DNA of 47,783 bases from Caldimicrobium thiodismutans (GCA_002877875.1 PNIE01000064.1:1-47783), one strand, 5' to 3'. Positions 38,581-47,783 are shown, counted from the stretch's first letter. Translations and numbers: made by a program. The notes: generated by a model not told the origin, from the sequence alone.

Positions 38581-39780
38581 CTAACTAAGTCTTAAAAGGG
38601 CCTCTTTTATCTTTTTACAGGCTAAGATAAGATTCTCTTCAGAAGTAGCAAATGAGATTCTAATGAATTCATCCTCCCCAAAGGCAACTCCTGGAACTAC
38701 AGCAACTCTTGCCTCATCAAGGAGGTATTCGGAAATCTCTACCGAATTGTTGATAATTTTACCTGCTGAGGTTTTCTTTCCGTAGTAGGCTGAAACTTTA
38801 GCAAAAAGATAGAAAGCCCCCTGAGGTGGGATAAACTCAATACCAGGAATCTCCTTGAGGGCTTTACTTAAGACCTCTGCCCTTTTAGCAAAAATCTTAG
38901 CCATTTTTTTGATTTCCTCTTCAGGAGTTTTTAGGGCAGCCTCTGCTCCTTTTTGGGCAAAAGAGGTGGCATGACTTGTGCTCTGGCTCTGGATCTTTAC
39001 ACAAGCAGAAATAACCTCCTTCGGACCAAGAGCCCAGCCTATTCTCCAGCCAGTCATAGCATAGGTTTTTGAAACACCATTTACCAAAAATACTCTATCC
39101 TTTAGCTTGGGCTGAAGAGATAGTATATTTTCAGGTCTCTTTAAATCAAAGCGAAGCTTATCATAAATGTCATCACTTATGACCCAGAGATTGTACTTCT
39201 CAACTATTTCAGCCAGACCCAAGAGAAAGTCCTTAGAATAAATGAGACCTGTAGGATTAGAAGGACTATTGAGGATGATACCTACTGTTTTAGGGCTAAT
39301 TTTCGTCTCAAGGGTAGATAGCTCTGGCTCAAAACGCCTTTCAAAACTTGTAGGAACCACTTTGGGAATTCCCCCTGCACAGGTTACCATTTCTGGATAG
39401 GAAACCCAATAGGGAGAAAGAATTAATACTTCATCTCCTTCATCAATAAGGGCAAGAAGCAAATTAAAGATAGCCTGTTTAGCCCCGGTGGTAACAATCA
39501 CTTCCTCAGGACAATAATCAAGCCCGTAATCCTTCTTTATCTTTTCACAGATAGCTTTTCTTAAGCTTAATATTCCAGGAGATGGAGTATACTTGGTAAA
39601 ACCTTCTTTTAGGGCTTTGATACAAGCTTCTTTAATAGGCTCTGGAGTATCAAAATCAGGCTCCCCTGCCGAAAGATTAATTACATCTATGCCCTGCTCT
39701 TTTAAAGCCTTAGCTTTAGCATCAACAGCAAGGGTAGCTGAGGGTTTTAAGGCCTTTACTCTCTGTGATAGCTTAACCAT
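38581..39780 (-). CDS. aspC: Class I/II PLP-dependent (aspartate) aminotransferase
   Basis: GEPDF, NSPSNPTG, SDDIY, SKTYAMTGWRIG. Confidence 0.92.
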   Translation of the reverse strand: MVKLSQRVKALKPSATLAVDAKAKALKEQGIDVINLSAGEPDFDTPEPIKEACIKALKEGFTKYTPSPGILSLRKAICEKIKKDYGLDYCPEEVIVTTGAKQAIFNLLLALIDEGDEVLILSPYWVSYPEMVTCAGGIPKVVPTSFERRFEPELSTLETKISPKTVGIILNSPSNPTGLIYSKDFLLGLAEIVEKYNLWVISDDIYDKLRFDLKRPENILSLQPKLKDRVFLVNGVSKTYAMTGWRIGWALGPKEVISACVKIQSQSTSHATSFAQKGAEAALKTPEEEIKKMAKIFAKRAEVLSKALKEIPGIEFIPPQGAFYLFAKVSAYYGKKTSAGKIINNSVEISEYLLDEARVAVVPGVAFGEDEFIRISFATSEENLILACKKIKEALLRLS

Positions 39781-39836
39781 CTTTGCCTCCTAAAATTTTT
39801 GCAAATTCATTTTTTCTTTCTAAAAATTTACTCTTG

Positions 39837-40643
39837 TCAAATTTCTACTTCAAAAGGGGGAAATCTATCTATAACTTTTATCTCTTTATACTCGATATGT
39901 TTTAAAATTAGACCTTGGGGTGGAGCTGGAGGAAGGGCTATGGTTCTATCTTTGGCCTCAAGGATCTTCTTAAAATCCTCAGGAGTCAACTTCCCCCTAC
40001 CTACCTCAATTAGAGCCCCTACTATATTTCTAACCATATATCTCATAAAGCCCTTTCCAGTTATTTCAAAAATAAGTAAATGTTTGAAACAGGAAGACCA
40101 CTTAAGCTCTGCTGAATAAATAGTTCTCACTGTAGTTTTAACATCTGTTCCAGATTTACGAAAACTTGCAAAGTCCTTCGTTCCTATAATCTCTGGAAGA
40201 CAAACTTTCATAGCCTCCACATCAAGAGGTTCTGGAACCCAATGAGAATAAAGTCTAAGAAGAGGATTTCTTACAGGATAATTGTAAATATTATATTGAT
40301 AAGTTTTTTTTAAGGCATCTCTTTGAGGATGGAACTTAAAATCGACCTCTTCAACTTGCAAAACTGAAATATCTCTTGGAAGAAGAGCATTTAAGGCTCG
40401 AAAAATGGTTTCAAGAGATTTATCAGAGGTGGTTAAAAAATTAGCTACCTGAAAGAAGGCATGCACTCCGGCATCGGTTCTTCCAGCTGAGCGAATCTTG
40501 ACTTTATGCCCAAGAATTTGGCTTAAAAGCTCCTGTAAAATACCTTGAATAGTTGGGCCCTTAGGCTGAATTTGAAAACCAAGATAGTGAGTACCATCAT
40601 AGGCAAGAATTAATCTTAGGTTTCTAACTATAGGCCCGTTCAT
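39837..40643 (-). CDS. truA: tRNA pseudouridine(38-40) synthase
   Basis: YDGT...GFQ.Q, AGRTDAGVHA, GF.RYMVRNIVG. Confidence 0.96.
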   Translation of the reverse strand: MNGPIVRNLRLILAYDGTHYLGFQIQPKGPTIQGILQELLSQILGHKVKIRSAGRTDAGVHAFFQVANFLTTSDKSLETIFRALNALLPRDISVLQVEEVDFKFHPQRDALKKTYQYNIYNYPVRNPLLRLYSHWVPEPLDVEAMKVCLPEIIGTKDFASFRKSGTDVKTTVRTIYSAELKWSSCFKHLLIFEITGKGFMRYMVRNIVGALIEVGRGKLTPEDFKKILEAKDRTIALPPAPPQGLILKHIEYKEIKVIDRFPPFEVEI

Positions 40644-40664
40644 GCATTAAAGGCTATTTTTACC

Positions 40665-41702
40665 TCACACAAACATTGGACTTTTTGGGAGCCCAAGATC
40701 CTCAGGCAATCCAAACATAAGATTCATATTCTGTATTGCCTGCCCACTTGCTCCTTTAATGAGGTTATCAAGTACAGAAATTATCACTCCCATTCCACGC
40801 TCTTTGTCTTCAAAGAGGGCTATCTTACAAAAATTCGTCCCCTTGACCTCTGAAAGTCTCGGATAACTTCCAAGAGGTAGAATTTCAACAAAGATTTTTT
40901 CTTTATAAAAATCCCTTAAATATTCATAAATTTTTTCAAGAGAGTTTCTAAATTTTACATAAATAGTAGAAAGTATGCCTCTATTTACTGGTAAAAGGTG
41001 AGGAGTAAAAATGAGTCTAACTTGGTTTCCTGAGGCTTCACTGAGTTTTTCTTCCATCTCAGGTGTGTGTCTATGGGTGGTAACTTTATAGGCCTTAAAA
41101 TCCTCATTGACTTCGCAAAAACTATAATAATTTTCTGCCTTTCTTCCGGCCCCACTGGTTCCACTCTTGGAATCGGCAATTATTAAATCAGTATGAATTA
41201 AATGTTCCTTGATAAGAGGTATAAGAGGCAATAAAATAGAGGTGGGGTAACATCCTGGATTCCCAACAAGATAGGTCTTCTTAATTTCTTCGGCATAAAT
41301 CTCTGAAAGACCGTAGACTGCCCTTTTTACAAGCTCTGGAAAGCGATGCTCAATCTTATATGTTTTACTGTAAGTCTCAAGATTTTTAAAACGAAAATCA
41401 GCAGATAAATCAATAACTTTTATACCCTTTCTCCAAAAGAACTCTGCCACCTCTTGAGCCGTTCCAGAAGGGAGACAGAGAAAAACTACCTCGACTCTTT
41501 CTGAGATTTGTTGGGGATCGGGCTTTTCAAAAAAAAGGTCAGCCCATCTGCCTGAAAACCCAAAAACCTCTCTTAGCGTTTTTCCAGCATACTCCCTGGA
41601 GGTTACAACCTTTACCTCTACCTCGGGATGATTCTCAAGAAGTCTTAAAAGCTCAAGACCGGTATAGCCACTTGCTCCAATTATTCCTACCTGGATCACC
41701 AA
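40665..41702 (-). CDS. argC: N-acetyl-gamma-glutamyl-phosphate reductase
   Basis: GASGYTG, DLSADFR, NPGCYPT, SG.SGAG, DNL.KGASGQA. Confidence 0.97.
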   Translation of the reverse strand: MVIQVGIIGASGYTGLELLRLLENHPEVEVKVVTSREYAGKTLREVFGFSGRWADLFFEKPDPQQISERVEVVFLCLPSGTAQEVAEFFWRKGIKVIDLSADFRFKNLETYSKTYKIEHRFPELVKRAVYGLSEIYAEEIKKTYLVGNPGCYPTSILLPLIPLIKEHLIHTDLIIADSKSGTSGAGRKAENYYSFCEVNEDFKAYKVTTHRHTPEMEEKLSEASGNQVRLIFTPHLLPVNRGILSTIYVKFRNSLEKIYEYLRDFYKEKIFVEILPLGSYPRLSEVKGTNFCKIALFEDKERGMGVIISVLDNLIKGASGQAIQNMNLMFGLPEDLGLPKSPMFV

Positions 41703-41710
41703 AAAGCATC

Positions 41711-42103
41711 CTAACGTTTGGAGTATTGCTGACCTCTTCTTGCACCACGTAGACCGTATTTTTTCCTTTCCTTTTCTCTTGGGTCCCTGGTAATATAGCC
41801 TGCCTTTTTAAGAATTGGTTTGAGTTCTGGATTATAAGTCACCAGGGCTTTGGCTATGCCGTGTCTTATAGCTTCTGCTTGAGCACTTTTTCCTCCACCA
41901 CTAACTGTACACATAACATCAAATTTCCCTAAAAGCCCTGTGACTCTAAAAGGAGCATAGATAACATCTTCAGCCACCACATGGTCCTTAAAATACTCCT
42001 TAAAAGGTTTTTCATTCACGATAACTTTTCCCTCACCACCAGGGATTACCCATACTCTTGCTACTGCAGTTTTTCTTTTTCCTGTAGCATAAATTCTATT
42101 CAT
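41711..42103 (-). CDS. rpsI: 30S ribosomal protein S9
   Basis: TGKRKTAVARV...ERKKYG...ARR..QYSKR. Confidence 0.98.
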   Translation of the reverse strand: MNRIYATGKRKTAVARVWVIPGGEGKVIVNEKPFKEYFKDHVVAEDVIYAPFRVTGLLGKFDVMCTVSGGGKSAQAEAIRHGIAKALVTYNPELKPILKKAGYITRDPREKERKKYGLRGARRGQQYSKR

Positions 42104-42120
42104 AATTCTTCATCCCTCCT

Positions 42121-42576
42121 TTAAATTTCCAGTGGTTGCGGATTTTGAGCCTGATGAGGATGCTCCGGTCCAGCATAAATCTTAAGTTTTTTAAGTAATT
42201 TATTTCTTAGTCGGTTTCTGGGAAGCATTCTTTTTACTGCAAGATAGATAAGCATTTCAGGGTTTCTTTCAAGAAGTTGCCTTGCTGTCTCCTGTTTAAG
42301 CCCTCCCATATACCCACTATGTCTCCAATAAAGCTTCTGATCAAGTTTCTTCCCAGTTAATCTAATTTTATCTGCGTTTATAATCACTAAGAAGTCTGCC
42401 TGATCCACATGGGGAGTATAATCAGGCCTGTGTTTCCCTTGAAGTAGATAGGCAATTTTACTTGCCAGCCTTCCAAGAATTTGATTTTTAGCATCAATAA
42501 GATACCATTTTCTCTCAACTTCTTCTTTTTTAACCCAGGGCGTTTGCTTAGTCAAAAAGGATGGAAAAGAAGGCAT
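42121..42576 (-). CDS. rplM: 50S ribosomal protein L13
   Basis: WYLIDA...[23 protein letters not shown]. Confidence 0.98.
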   Translation of the reverse strand: MPSFPSFLTKQTPWVKKEEVERKWYLIDAKNQILGRLASKIAYLLQGKHRPDYTPHVDQADFLVIINADKIRLTGKKLDQKLYWRHSGYMGGLKQETARQLLERNPEMLIYLAVKRMLPRNRLRNKLLKKLKIYAGPEHPHQAQNPQPLEI

Positions 42577-42605
42577 AACTAATCCCCTCCAAAAGGTTTT
42601 AGTTT

Positions 42606-42633
42606 AATTTACGCCAAAAATCCAATTTGTCAA
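42606..42633 (-). promoter_or_regulatory. Putative sigma70 promoter of rplM-rpsI
   Basis: Minus strand TTGACA (42633-42628), 16-nt spacer, TAAATT (42611-42606). Confidence 0.5.
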
Positions 42634-42689
42634 GAAAAGACCATCTGAATTGGCTATTCTTACTTATACTCTCTTATACTCTCTCAAGA

Positions 42690-43136
42690 CTAAGTCTGGG
42701 GATACTGAAGAATTATGGTTACAGGGCCATCGTTTATAAGTTCTATCTCCATATGAGCAGCAAATAAACCTTCTTTAACTGGAATTCCCCTCTCTCTTAT
42801 GAAGTTGGCAAGTCTTTCTATTAAAATCTTAGCTTTTTCTGGCTCCTCGGCCAAATGAAAGCTTGGCCGTGTCCCTTTCTTTAAATGTCCACAAATGGTA
42901 AAATTTGAAACAAGAAGAACCTCACCTGAGACATCTCTCACACTTAAATTAAACTTCCCCTCCTCATCGGAAAAAATTCTTAAATTCACTATTTTTTCAG
43001 CCATCCAAGTTAAACTCTTTTCATCATCACCCTTCTCAATACACACAAGTACAAGAAGCCCCCTCCCAATCTCCGAGAAAACCTTACTCTCTATAAAAAC
43101 TTTAGCTTTTTTAACCCTTTGAATAACTGCTTTCAT
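42690..43136 (-). CDS. dtd: D-aminoacyl-tRNA deacylase
   Basis: MKAVIQRV, LRIF.D, VSNFT, NDGPVT. Confidence 0.96.
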   Translation of the reverse strand: MKAVIQRVKKAKVFIESKVFSEIGRGLLVLVCIEKGDDEKSLTWMAEKIVNLRIFSDEEGKFNLSVRDVSGEVLLVSNFTICGHLKKGTRPSFHLAEEPEKAKILIERLANFIRERGIPVKEGLFAAHMEIELINDGPVTIILQYPQT

Positions 43137-43384
43137 TCAGTCAGTTCAATGGAAATTTTTTTATCTTCAGAAAAATTAAATAACAAACTCTTAGCCCTTT
43201 CCACAAAGGTAGTACCTTGAAAAAAGTAAATTAAGGTATTCTCCTCGAAATCTATAAAAGAAGATAATTTTTCCAATTCTTTACTCAAAGCAGAAGGTAT
43301 TTCCTCAGATTTGATCCCCTCCAAAAAAGCCATAAGTTCAACCTTACAACCTATACGAGTTAAAACGAGTTTAATCTTTGACAA
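43133..43384 (-). CDS. Hypothetical protein (83 aa)
   Basis: Fills the gap with overlapping start/stop codons to both neighbours; no recognisable motif. Confidence 0.65.
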   Translation of the reverse strand: MSKIKLVLTRIGCKVELMAFLEGIKSEEIPSALSKELEKLSSFIDFEENTLIYFFQGTTFVERAKSLLFNFSEDKKISIELTE

Positions 43385-43940
43385 TTTTTTTCACCTCCTG
43401 AAAGCCCCGTTGATAAGCCTTTAAATTGGATTCGAAAAGATGGGCCTTTGAAGGGAAAAGCATTTCCTTTAGGGCTTTTTTGAAGGTACTTTCTGAGAAA
43501 ATTTCAAGACATCCATTAAAGGCACCAAGAGCACACATATTTAAGGCCTGAGGTGCTCCAACCTCTTCTGCAAGGGTATTCATGGGTAAAAAAATAACCC
43601 TTTTCCCCTTAATTAGTTCTTCAAAGTTGGTAATCTCCTCTTTTTTTACTAAATCGGAATTAACTAATGCTAGTCCTCCCTTTTTAAGCCTTGGCATAAA
43701 TTTTATAAAGGAAGGAAGATTGAGGAGAATAAGATACCCTGGCTCAAGCACAAGAGGGGAGGCTATTTCTTTATCTGAAAGAATAACAGTGCAGTGGCAA
43801 GTTCCCCCTCTCATCTCAGGTCCATAAACAGGGAGAAAAGTTACCTGATACCTTTGATACATTCCACAGAGAGCTAAAAGATTTCCTGCAAAAAGAATCC
43901 CCTGTCCTCCAAAGCCAGAAAGGATAACCTCAAGCCTCAT
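43371..43940 (-). CDS. 2-oxoacid:ferredoxin oxidoreductase gamma subunit
   Basis: SGFGGQG, YGPEMRGG, NM.ALGA. Confidence 0.92.
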   Translation of the reverse strand: MRLEVILSGFGGQGILFAGNLLALCGMYQRYQVTFLPVYGPEMRGGTCHCTVILSDKEIASPLVLEPGYLILLNLPSFIKFMPRLKKGGLALVNSDLVKKEEITNFEELIKGKRVIFLPMNTLAEEVGAPQALNMCALGAFNGCLEIFSESTFKKALKEMLFPSKAHLFESNLKAYQRGFQEVKKIVKD

Positions 43941-44685
43941 TTTTTCCTTCTGAAAGTTGGTCTTTAAAAACTTTTATAGGAAAGGTTTCTGCAAGTTTAT
44001 CCACGTAACGGGTGGCTGAAATTGGGTCCATCTTCCAGTTTATAGGACAGGCAGATAAAAATTCAAGATAGCTAAAACCAAGCCCCCTAAGTTGAATTTC
44101 AAAGGCGCGCCTAAGAAGTTTTTTAGCCTCAAGAACCCGTTGAGGCGTATTTACGGCTCCTCTGGCACAAAAGGCAACTCCCTCAAAGCCTGCCAAAATT
44201 TCTGCCACCTTAAGGGGATATCCCTCTTTTTTAGGATCTCTCCCATAGGGAGTAGTAGTGGTCTTTTGAAATAGAAGGGTAGTTGGAGAGACTTGCCCAC
44301 CTGTCATTCCATAAACAGTATTATTTATCATAATAGCCGTGATGTTTTCCCCTCTTGAGGCTGCATGAAGGCTATCTCCAAGGCCAATTGCTGCAAAATC
44401 TCCATCTCCCTGGTACGTAAAAACCACAAGATCAGGCCTTGCCCTTTTTATTCCTGTTCCAACGGAACAGGACCTCCCGTGAGGTGCCTCAAGAATGTCT
44501 ACATCAATGTAAAAATAAAGAAAACAGGAACATCCGATAGAGGCCAAACCAATAGTTCTCTCTCTAATTCCTAATTCATCAATTACCTCGCAAAGAAGTC
44601 GATGAATAATACTGTGATGACATCCTGGACAATAGTGAAAAAGGGTCTTTTTTAAACTTTTGGGAAACCTGAAGACTTCAGGCAT
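43930..44685 (-). CDS. 2-oxoacid:ferredoxin oxidoreductase beta (TPP-binding) subunit, VOR-like
   Basis: HYCPGCHH, IGC, HGR, YQGDGD.AAIG, NN.VYGMTGGQ, CP. Confidence 0.93.
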   Translation of the reverse strand: MPEVFRFPKSLKKTLFHYCPGCHHSIIHRLLCEVIDELGIRERTIGLASIGCSCFLYFYIDVDILEAPHGRSCSVGTGIKRARPDLVVFTYQGDGDFAAIGLGDSLHAASRGENITAIMINNTVYGMTGGQVSPTTLLFQKTTTTPYGRDPKKEGYPLKVAEILAGFEGVAFCARGAVNTPQRVLEAKKLLRRAFEIQLRGLGFSYLEFLSACPINWKMDPISATRYVDKLAETFPIKVFKDQLSEGKNEA

Positions 44686-45734
44686 TTTTTGAGCTCCTTT
44701 TCTATATCCTCAGGAAAGGGAAGTATACTGGGTGGATAATATCGGGATATGGCCTCGGCCTTACCGCAGAGAGAAAGTTTAACATCCTCAATCATTTGCC
44801 CACAATTAAGCTCAAAAACTACCAAGCTCACCTTTCCAAGAGATCTTTCTGCCATATTTAAAAGAGCTTTTCCAGGAAAGGGAAAAAGAGTTATAGGTCT
44901 AAAAAATCCTACCTCATAGCCCTTTTCTCTCAGATTTAAAACAGCCTCTTTGCAAATTCTTGCTATAGACCCAAAGGCTACAGCTATCACCCTTTCTTCT
45001 CCACTAAAAATAGCCTCATACCTTATCTCTTTTTCCATAGCCCTGTATTTTCTCTTTAATCTGAGATTTCTTTCAGCCAGTTCTTTAGAATCAAGAAAAA
45101 GACTCTTAATTACCCTGGAAGGTCTTCCCATAGCTCCGGTTAAAGCCCAATCTTCCTTGGGATAAGTCTTTATTTTAAGGGATTTTAAGAGAAGAGGCTC
45201 TTTCATTTGACCAAGAATAGCATCAGAGAGGATCATAACAGGGTTTCTGTATTTATCGGCCAATTCAAAGGCCTTAGCAGTAAGTTGGTAGGCCTCAGAA
45301 CAACTGTAAGGTGCAAGCACAAGAAAGCGCCCATCACCGTGGCCAGGGGCCTTTACAGCCTGAAAATAATCTCCCTGAGAGGCTTCAATCCCTCCAAGCC
45401 CAGGACCTCCTCGCATAACATTTACTACCACACAAGGCAATTCAAGGGCTATAAGATAAGAAAAACCCTCACTCATAAGAGAGATCCCAGGGCTTGAAGA
45501 GCTTGTCATGACCCTTGCACCAACTGCACTTGCCCCAAGCACCATATTAATAGCTGAAGTTTCAGACTCTGCTTGAAGAAAGACCCCTCCCCTCTTAGGA
45601 AGCTCAATAGCCATAATTTCAGGAATCTCATTCTGAGGAGTTATAGGGTATCCAAAGTAGCACTGGCACCCCCCTTCAAGGGCTCCAAGTGCAATGGCCT
45701 CAACCCCTTTTACAAGCACCTTCTTTGCCATCAT
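44652..45734 (-). CDS. 2-oxoacid:ferredoxin oxidoreductase alpha subunit, VOR-like
   Basis: YFGYPITPQ, QAESE, TSSSSPG.SL, RGGPGLG. Confidence 0.93.
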   Translation of the reverse strand: MMAKKVLVKGVEAIALGALEGGCQCYFGYPITPQNEIPEIMAIELPKRGGVFLQAESETSAINMVLGASAVGARVMTSSSSPGISLMSEGFSYLIALELPCVVVNVMRGGPGLGGIEASQGDYFQAVKAPGHGDGRFLVLAPYSCSEAYQLTAKAFELADKYRNPVMILSDAILGQMKEPLLLKSLKIKTYPKEDWALTGAMGRPSRVIKSLFLDSKELAERNLRLKRKYRAMEKEIRYEAIFSGEERVIAVAFGSIARICKEAVLNLREKGYEVGFFRPITLFPFPGKALLNMAERSLGKVSLVVFELNCGQMIEDVKLSLCGKAEAISRYYPPSILPFPEDIEKELKKCLKSSGFPKV

Positions 45735-45934
45735 TCTTCAGAGACAAAAACTAACTCAGGACACATAAGAAAACATATCCCGCAGGCATTACATTTCTCC
45801 TTGGCATAAAACCCAACCACCCGATAACCCTGAAGATTCCTCTTTTCAGAAAAGCCAAGCACTTTCTTAGGACAAAACTCAATACAAAGGCCGCAGCCTT
45901 TACATCTCTCCTCAAGTATCTTTATTTTTTTCAA
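45731..45934 (-). CDS. 2-oxoacid:ferredoxin oxidoreductase delta subunit (2[4Fe-4S] ferredoxin)
   Basis: CKGCGLCIEFCP, CNACGICFLMCP. Confidence 0.92.
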   Translation of the reverse strand: MKKIKILEERCKGCGLCIEFCPKKVLGFSEKRNLQGYRVVGFYAKEKCNACGICFLMCPELVFVSEE

Positions 45935-46845
45935 ATTATCTCCCTTAAGACCTTTTCTATATCTTCACGGGTCTCACCAGAATAACACCTAAAGGGCTTT
46001 CCCTCAAGAATTTGTGAAATAAGCCCTTTAAGCACCTGTTTTGGGCCAAGTTCTATAAAGGTATTTACCCCTTGAGAATAAATGTATTCCACCACCTCAA
46101 TCCATCGAACAGGAGAGGTCATTTGTTTTTTAAGAAGTTCCTTTATCTTCTTTCCCTCCCTTTCTGCTCTTGCCGAAACATTGCTCACAAAGGGTATTTC
46201 TGCATCTTTAAATTCAAGAGTATCAAGAAATTCGGAAAATTCCTCTTCAGCCCTTTTCATAAGAGGACTATGAAAACCTGCACTTACTTTCAATCTCACC
46301 ACTTTGGCTCCTTTTTCTTTGGCCCTCTCTGCAACCTCTGTTAAAGCTGGCTCTTCTCCGCTTATAACAAGCTGTCGAGGAGAGTTATAGTTAGAAATAA
46401 GAACAAGTCCCTTAACCCCCTTTATAAGTTCTTTAAGCTCAGCCTCAGGCATATTTATTACCGCATACATTCCTGAAGGCCTCTCCCCCCCTTCCCTCCC
46501 CATAATCTCTCCTCTTTTCTTAACTGCCTGCAGGGTATCTTCAAAGGAAAGGACTGAACTTGCATAAAGAGCACTAAATTCCCCAAGGCTATGTCCCGCG
46601 GTAAAGCGCACCTTCTCTTTAAAAGCCTCACCCAGAAGCTCCTTTAAATACTCAAAGGCGCAGATATTGACCAAAGTTAGGCAAACCTGAAGATTTTCAG
46701 TTTTAGTGAGTTCTTCAAGGGGTCCTTCCAGGGAGAGTCTTTTTACAGGAATTCCAGTAATAAGCTCAGCCCTCTCAAAAAGGGCACAATCTTTTCCCAT
46801 TCCAAGATATTGAGAACCCTGCCCAGGGAACACCAAGGCAACCAT
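45931..46845 (-). CDS. fabD: Malonyl-CoA:ACP transacylase
   Basis: FPGQGSQ, GHSLGE, N.NSP.Q.VISG, FHSPLM. Confidence 0.96.
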   Translation of the reverse strand: MVALVFPGQGSQYLGMGKDCALFERAELITGIPVKRLSLEGPLEELTKTENLQVCLTLVNICAFEYLKELLGEAFKEKVRFTAGHSLGEFSALYASSVLSFEDTLQAVKKRGEIMGREGGERPSGMYAVINMPEAELKELIKGVKGLVLISNYNSPRQLVISGEEPALTEVAERAKEKGAKVVRLKVSAGFHSPLMKRAEEEFSEFLDTLEFKDAEIPFVSNVSARAEREGKKIKELLKKQMTSPVRWIEVVEYIYSQGVNTFIELGPKQVLKGLISQILEGKPFRCYSGETREDIEKVLREII

Positions 46846-47273
46846 TATTCTTCCTCTTCTACTCCTTTTTCCGGTAAAAGTTCTTCAAATTCTTCAGTAA
46901 GCTTTATTTCGTAATCTTCAGGAGGTAAAAGATCGTCAAGCTCAGAGAGGTCTCTCATTTCAACTTTAATAAGCCAGCCCTCCTCATAGGGGTCTTCATT
47001 AAGAATATCCACTTCATCAAGAACCTTTTCATTTACCTGAACCACTGTTCCAGAAACAGGCATAATCAGATTAAAAACCTCTTCCACAGATTCAAGACTA
47101 CCAAAGACATCCTCTCTGTCGTATTCCTCTCCCTCTTCAGGCAGATCCACATTGATAATTTCAATCTCCCTTGCAGAGAAAAATTCAGTTATTCCAATTC
47201 TTACCACTTTTTTCTTTTCCTTTTTAACCCAGAGATGATTTTCACTGTAAAGCCTGTCCTCAGGAATCTTCAT
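46845..47273 (-). CDS. Glycine cleavage H-protein-like protein lacking the lipoyl lysine
   Basis: H-protein motifs YSENHLW, IGIT, PVSG.V..VN, NEDPYEEGWL; ESVK replaced by ESVE. Confidence 0.85.
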   Translation of the reverse strand: MKIPEDRLYSENHLWVKKEKKKVVRIGITEFFSAREIEIINVDLPEEGEEYDREDVFGSLESVEEVFNLIMPVSGTVVQVNEKVLDEVDILNEDPYEEGWLIKVEMRDLSELDDLLPPEDYEIKLTEEFEELLPEKGVEEEE

Positions 47274-47544
47274 CCCTTCCCTCCGTAACGATTTTTAATG
47301 ATCTTTATAAATAATTGCAAGTCTTTATAAACCAATTTTCCAAAATTATCAAGAGGAATTCAAAGAAAATTTCGTAAAATTTTTCTTGATTTTTTGAGAA
47401 AAAAGTTTTAAATTACCTTAAGAGAGAAAAAGTTTGGAAGAGAAGTTTATAGTTTTTAAGGAGTTTTATCAAAGCTATTTTAGATATGGTGGCAAAAATT
47501 AAAAAAGAGCAATAATGGCTCTGAAATTTTCAAAAATTTTAGAC

Positions 47545-47573
47545 TTGACATTTGGCTTTTACTTTATTATGAT
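47545..47573 (+). promoter_or_regulatory. Putative sigma70 promoter of the pilin gene
   Basis: TTGACA (47545-47550), 17-nt spacer, TATGAT (47568-47573); SD AAGGAGG upstream of ATG. Confidence 0.7.
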
Positions 47574-47606
47574 ATGAATAATAAAAAATTTAAGGAGGTT
47601 TGAGTT

Positions 47607-47783
47607 ATGAGAGGATTTAGAGGAAGGGTTGCAGGTTTTACCTTAGTTGAGTTGATGATTGTTATTGCTATTATCGCTATCCTTGCAAGTATTGCTATTC
47701 CTCAGTATTTGAAATATCAAAAGAAGGCGAAGGTTTCAAGCTATGCTTTACCTGTTGCAAGAGCTTGCGCTATGGACATCGTA
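47607..47783 (+). CDS. pilA: Type IV pilin (5' part; runs off the window; absent from ORF track)
   Basis: [42 protein letters not shown]: prepilin cleavage/N-methylation motif G/F-x-x-x-E. Confidence 0.92.
   Translation, partial: MRGFRGRVAGFTLVELMIVIAIIAILASIAIPQYLKYQKKAKVSSYALPVARACAMDIV

Noticed and set aside
509-46344. Numerous short antisense or alternate-frame ORFs in the track (e.g. 509-901, 17829-18338, 29314-29766, 32568-33062)
   Set aside because: They overlap well-supported genes and show no recognisable motifs
47607-47783. Electrically conductive (e-pilin) assignment
   Set aside because: The gene is truncated by the window, so length and aromatic density cannot be assessed; F1/Y24/Y27 are common to ordinary type IVa pilins

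Overview
AT-rich chromosomal core region of an anaerobic, dissimilatory sulfur-metabolising autotroph. Gene content suggests a Thermodesulfobacteriaceae/Caldimicrobium-like bacterium (inference). The left end holds dsrA-dsrB-dsrD, a Zn-ADH/acyl-CoA dehydrogenase/EtfBA operon, tRNA-Val(GAC), thrS and infC. The centre is a ~21.5 kb minus-strand Wood-Ljungdahl cluster: fhs-folD-cooS-hdrA-mvhD-hdrC/Fd-mvhD2-metV-[metF-linker-acsD]-acsB-acsC-acsE-fdh. Three of its genes (hdrA, mvhD, fdh) are truncated or split in the ORF track by in-frame TGA codons; each TGA sits at a conserved Cys/Sec position and is followed by a SECIS-like hairpin, so they are read here as selenoproteins. The most striking features are: (i) a MetF-AcsD fusion joined by a ~250-aa repeat/coiled-coil tether containing an internal RBS+ATG; (ii) an HdrB-less Hdr/MvhD/MetVF module; (iii) a 1362-aa single-chain Sec formate dehydrogenase with an inserted GltD/NfnB-like flavin module. 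The right end is mostly housekeeping (ftsK, lolA, aminotransferase, truA, argC, rplM-rpsI, dtd), plus an operon encoding a GcvH-like protein lacking the lipoyl lysine, FabD and a 4-subunit 2-oxoacid:ferredoxin oxidoreductase, then the start of a type IV pilin. No mobile element or CRISPR array was seen. Novelty cannot be confirmed without database searches.
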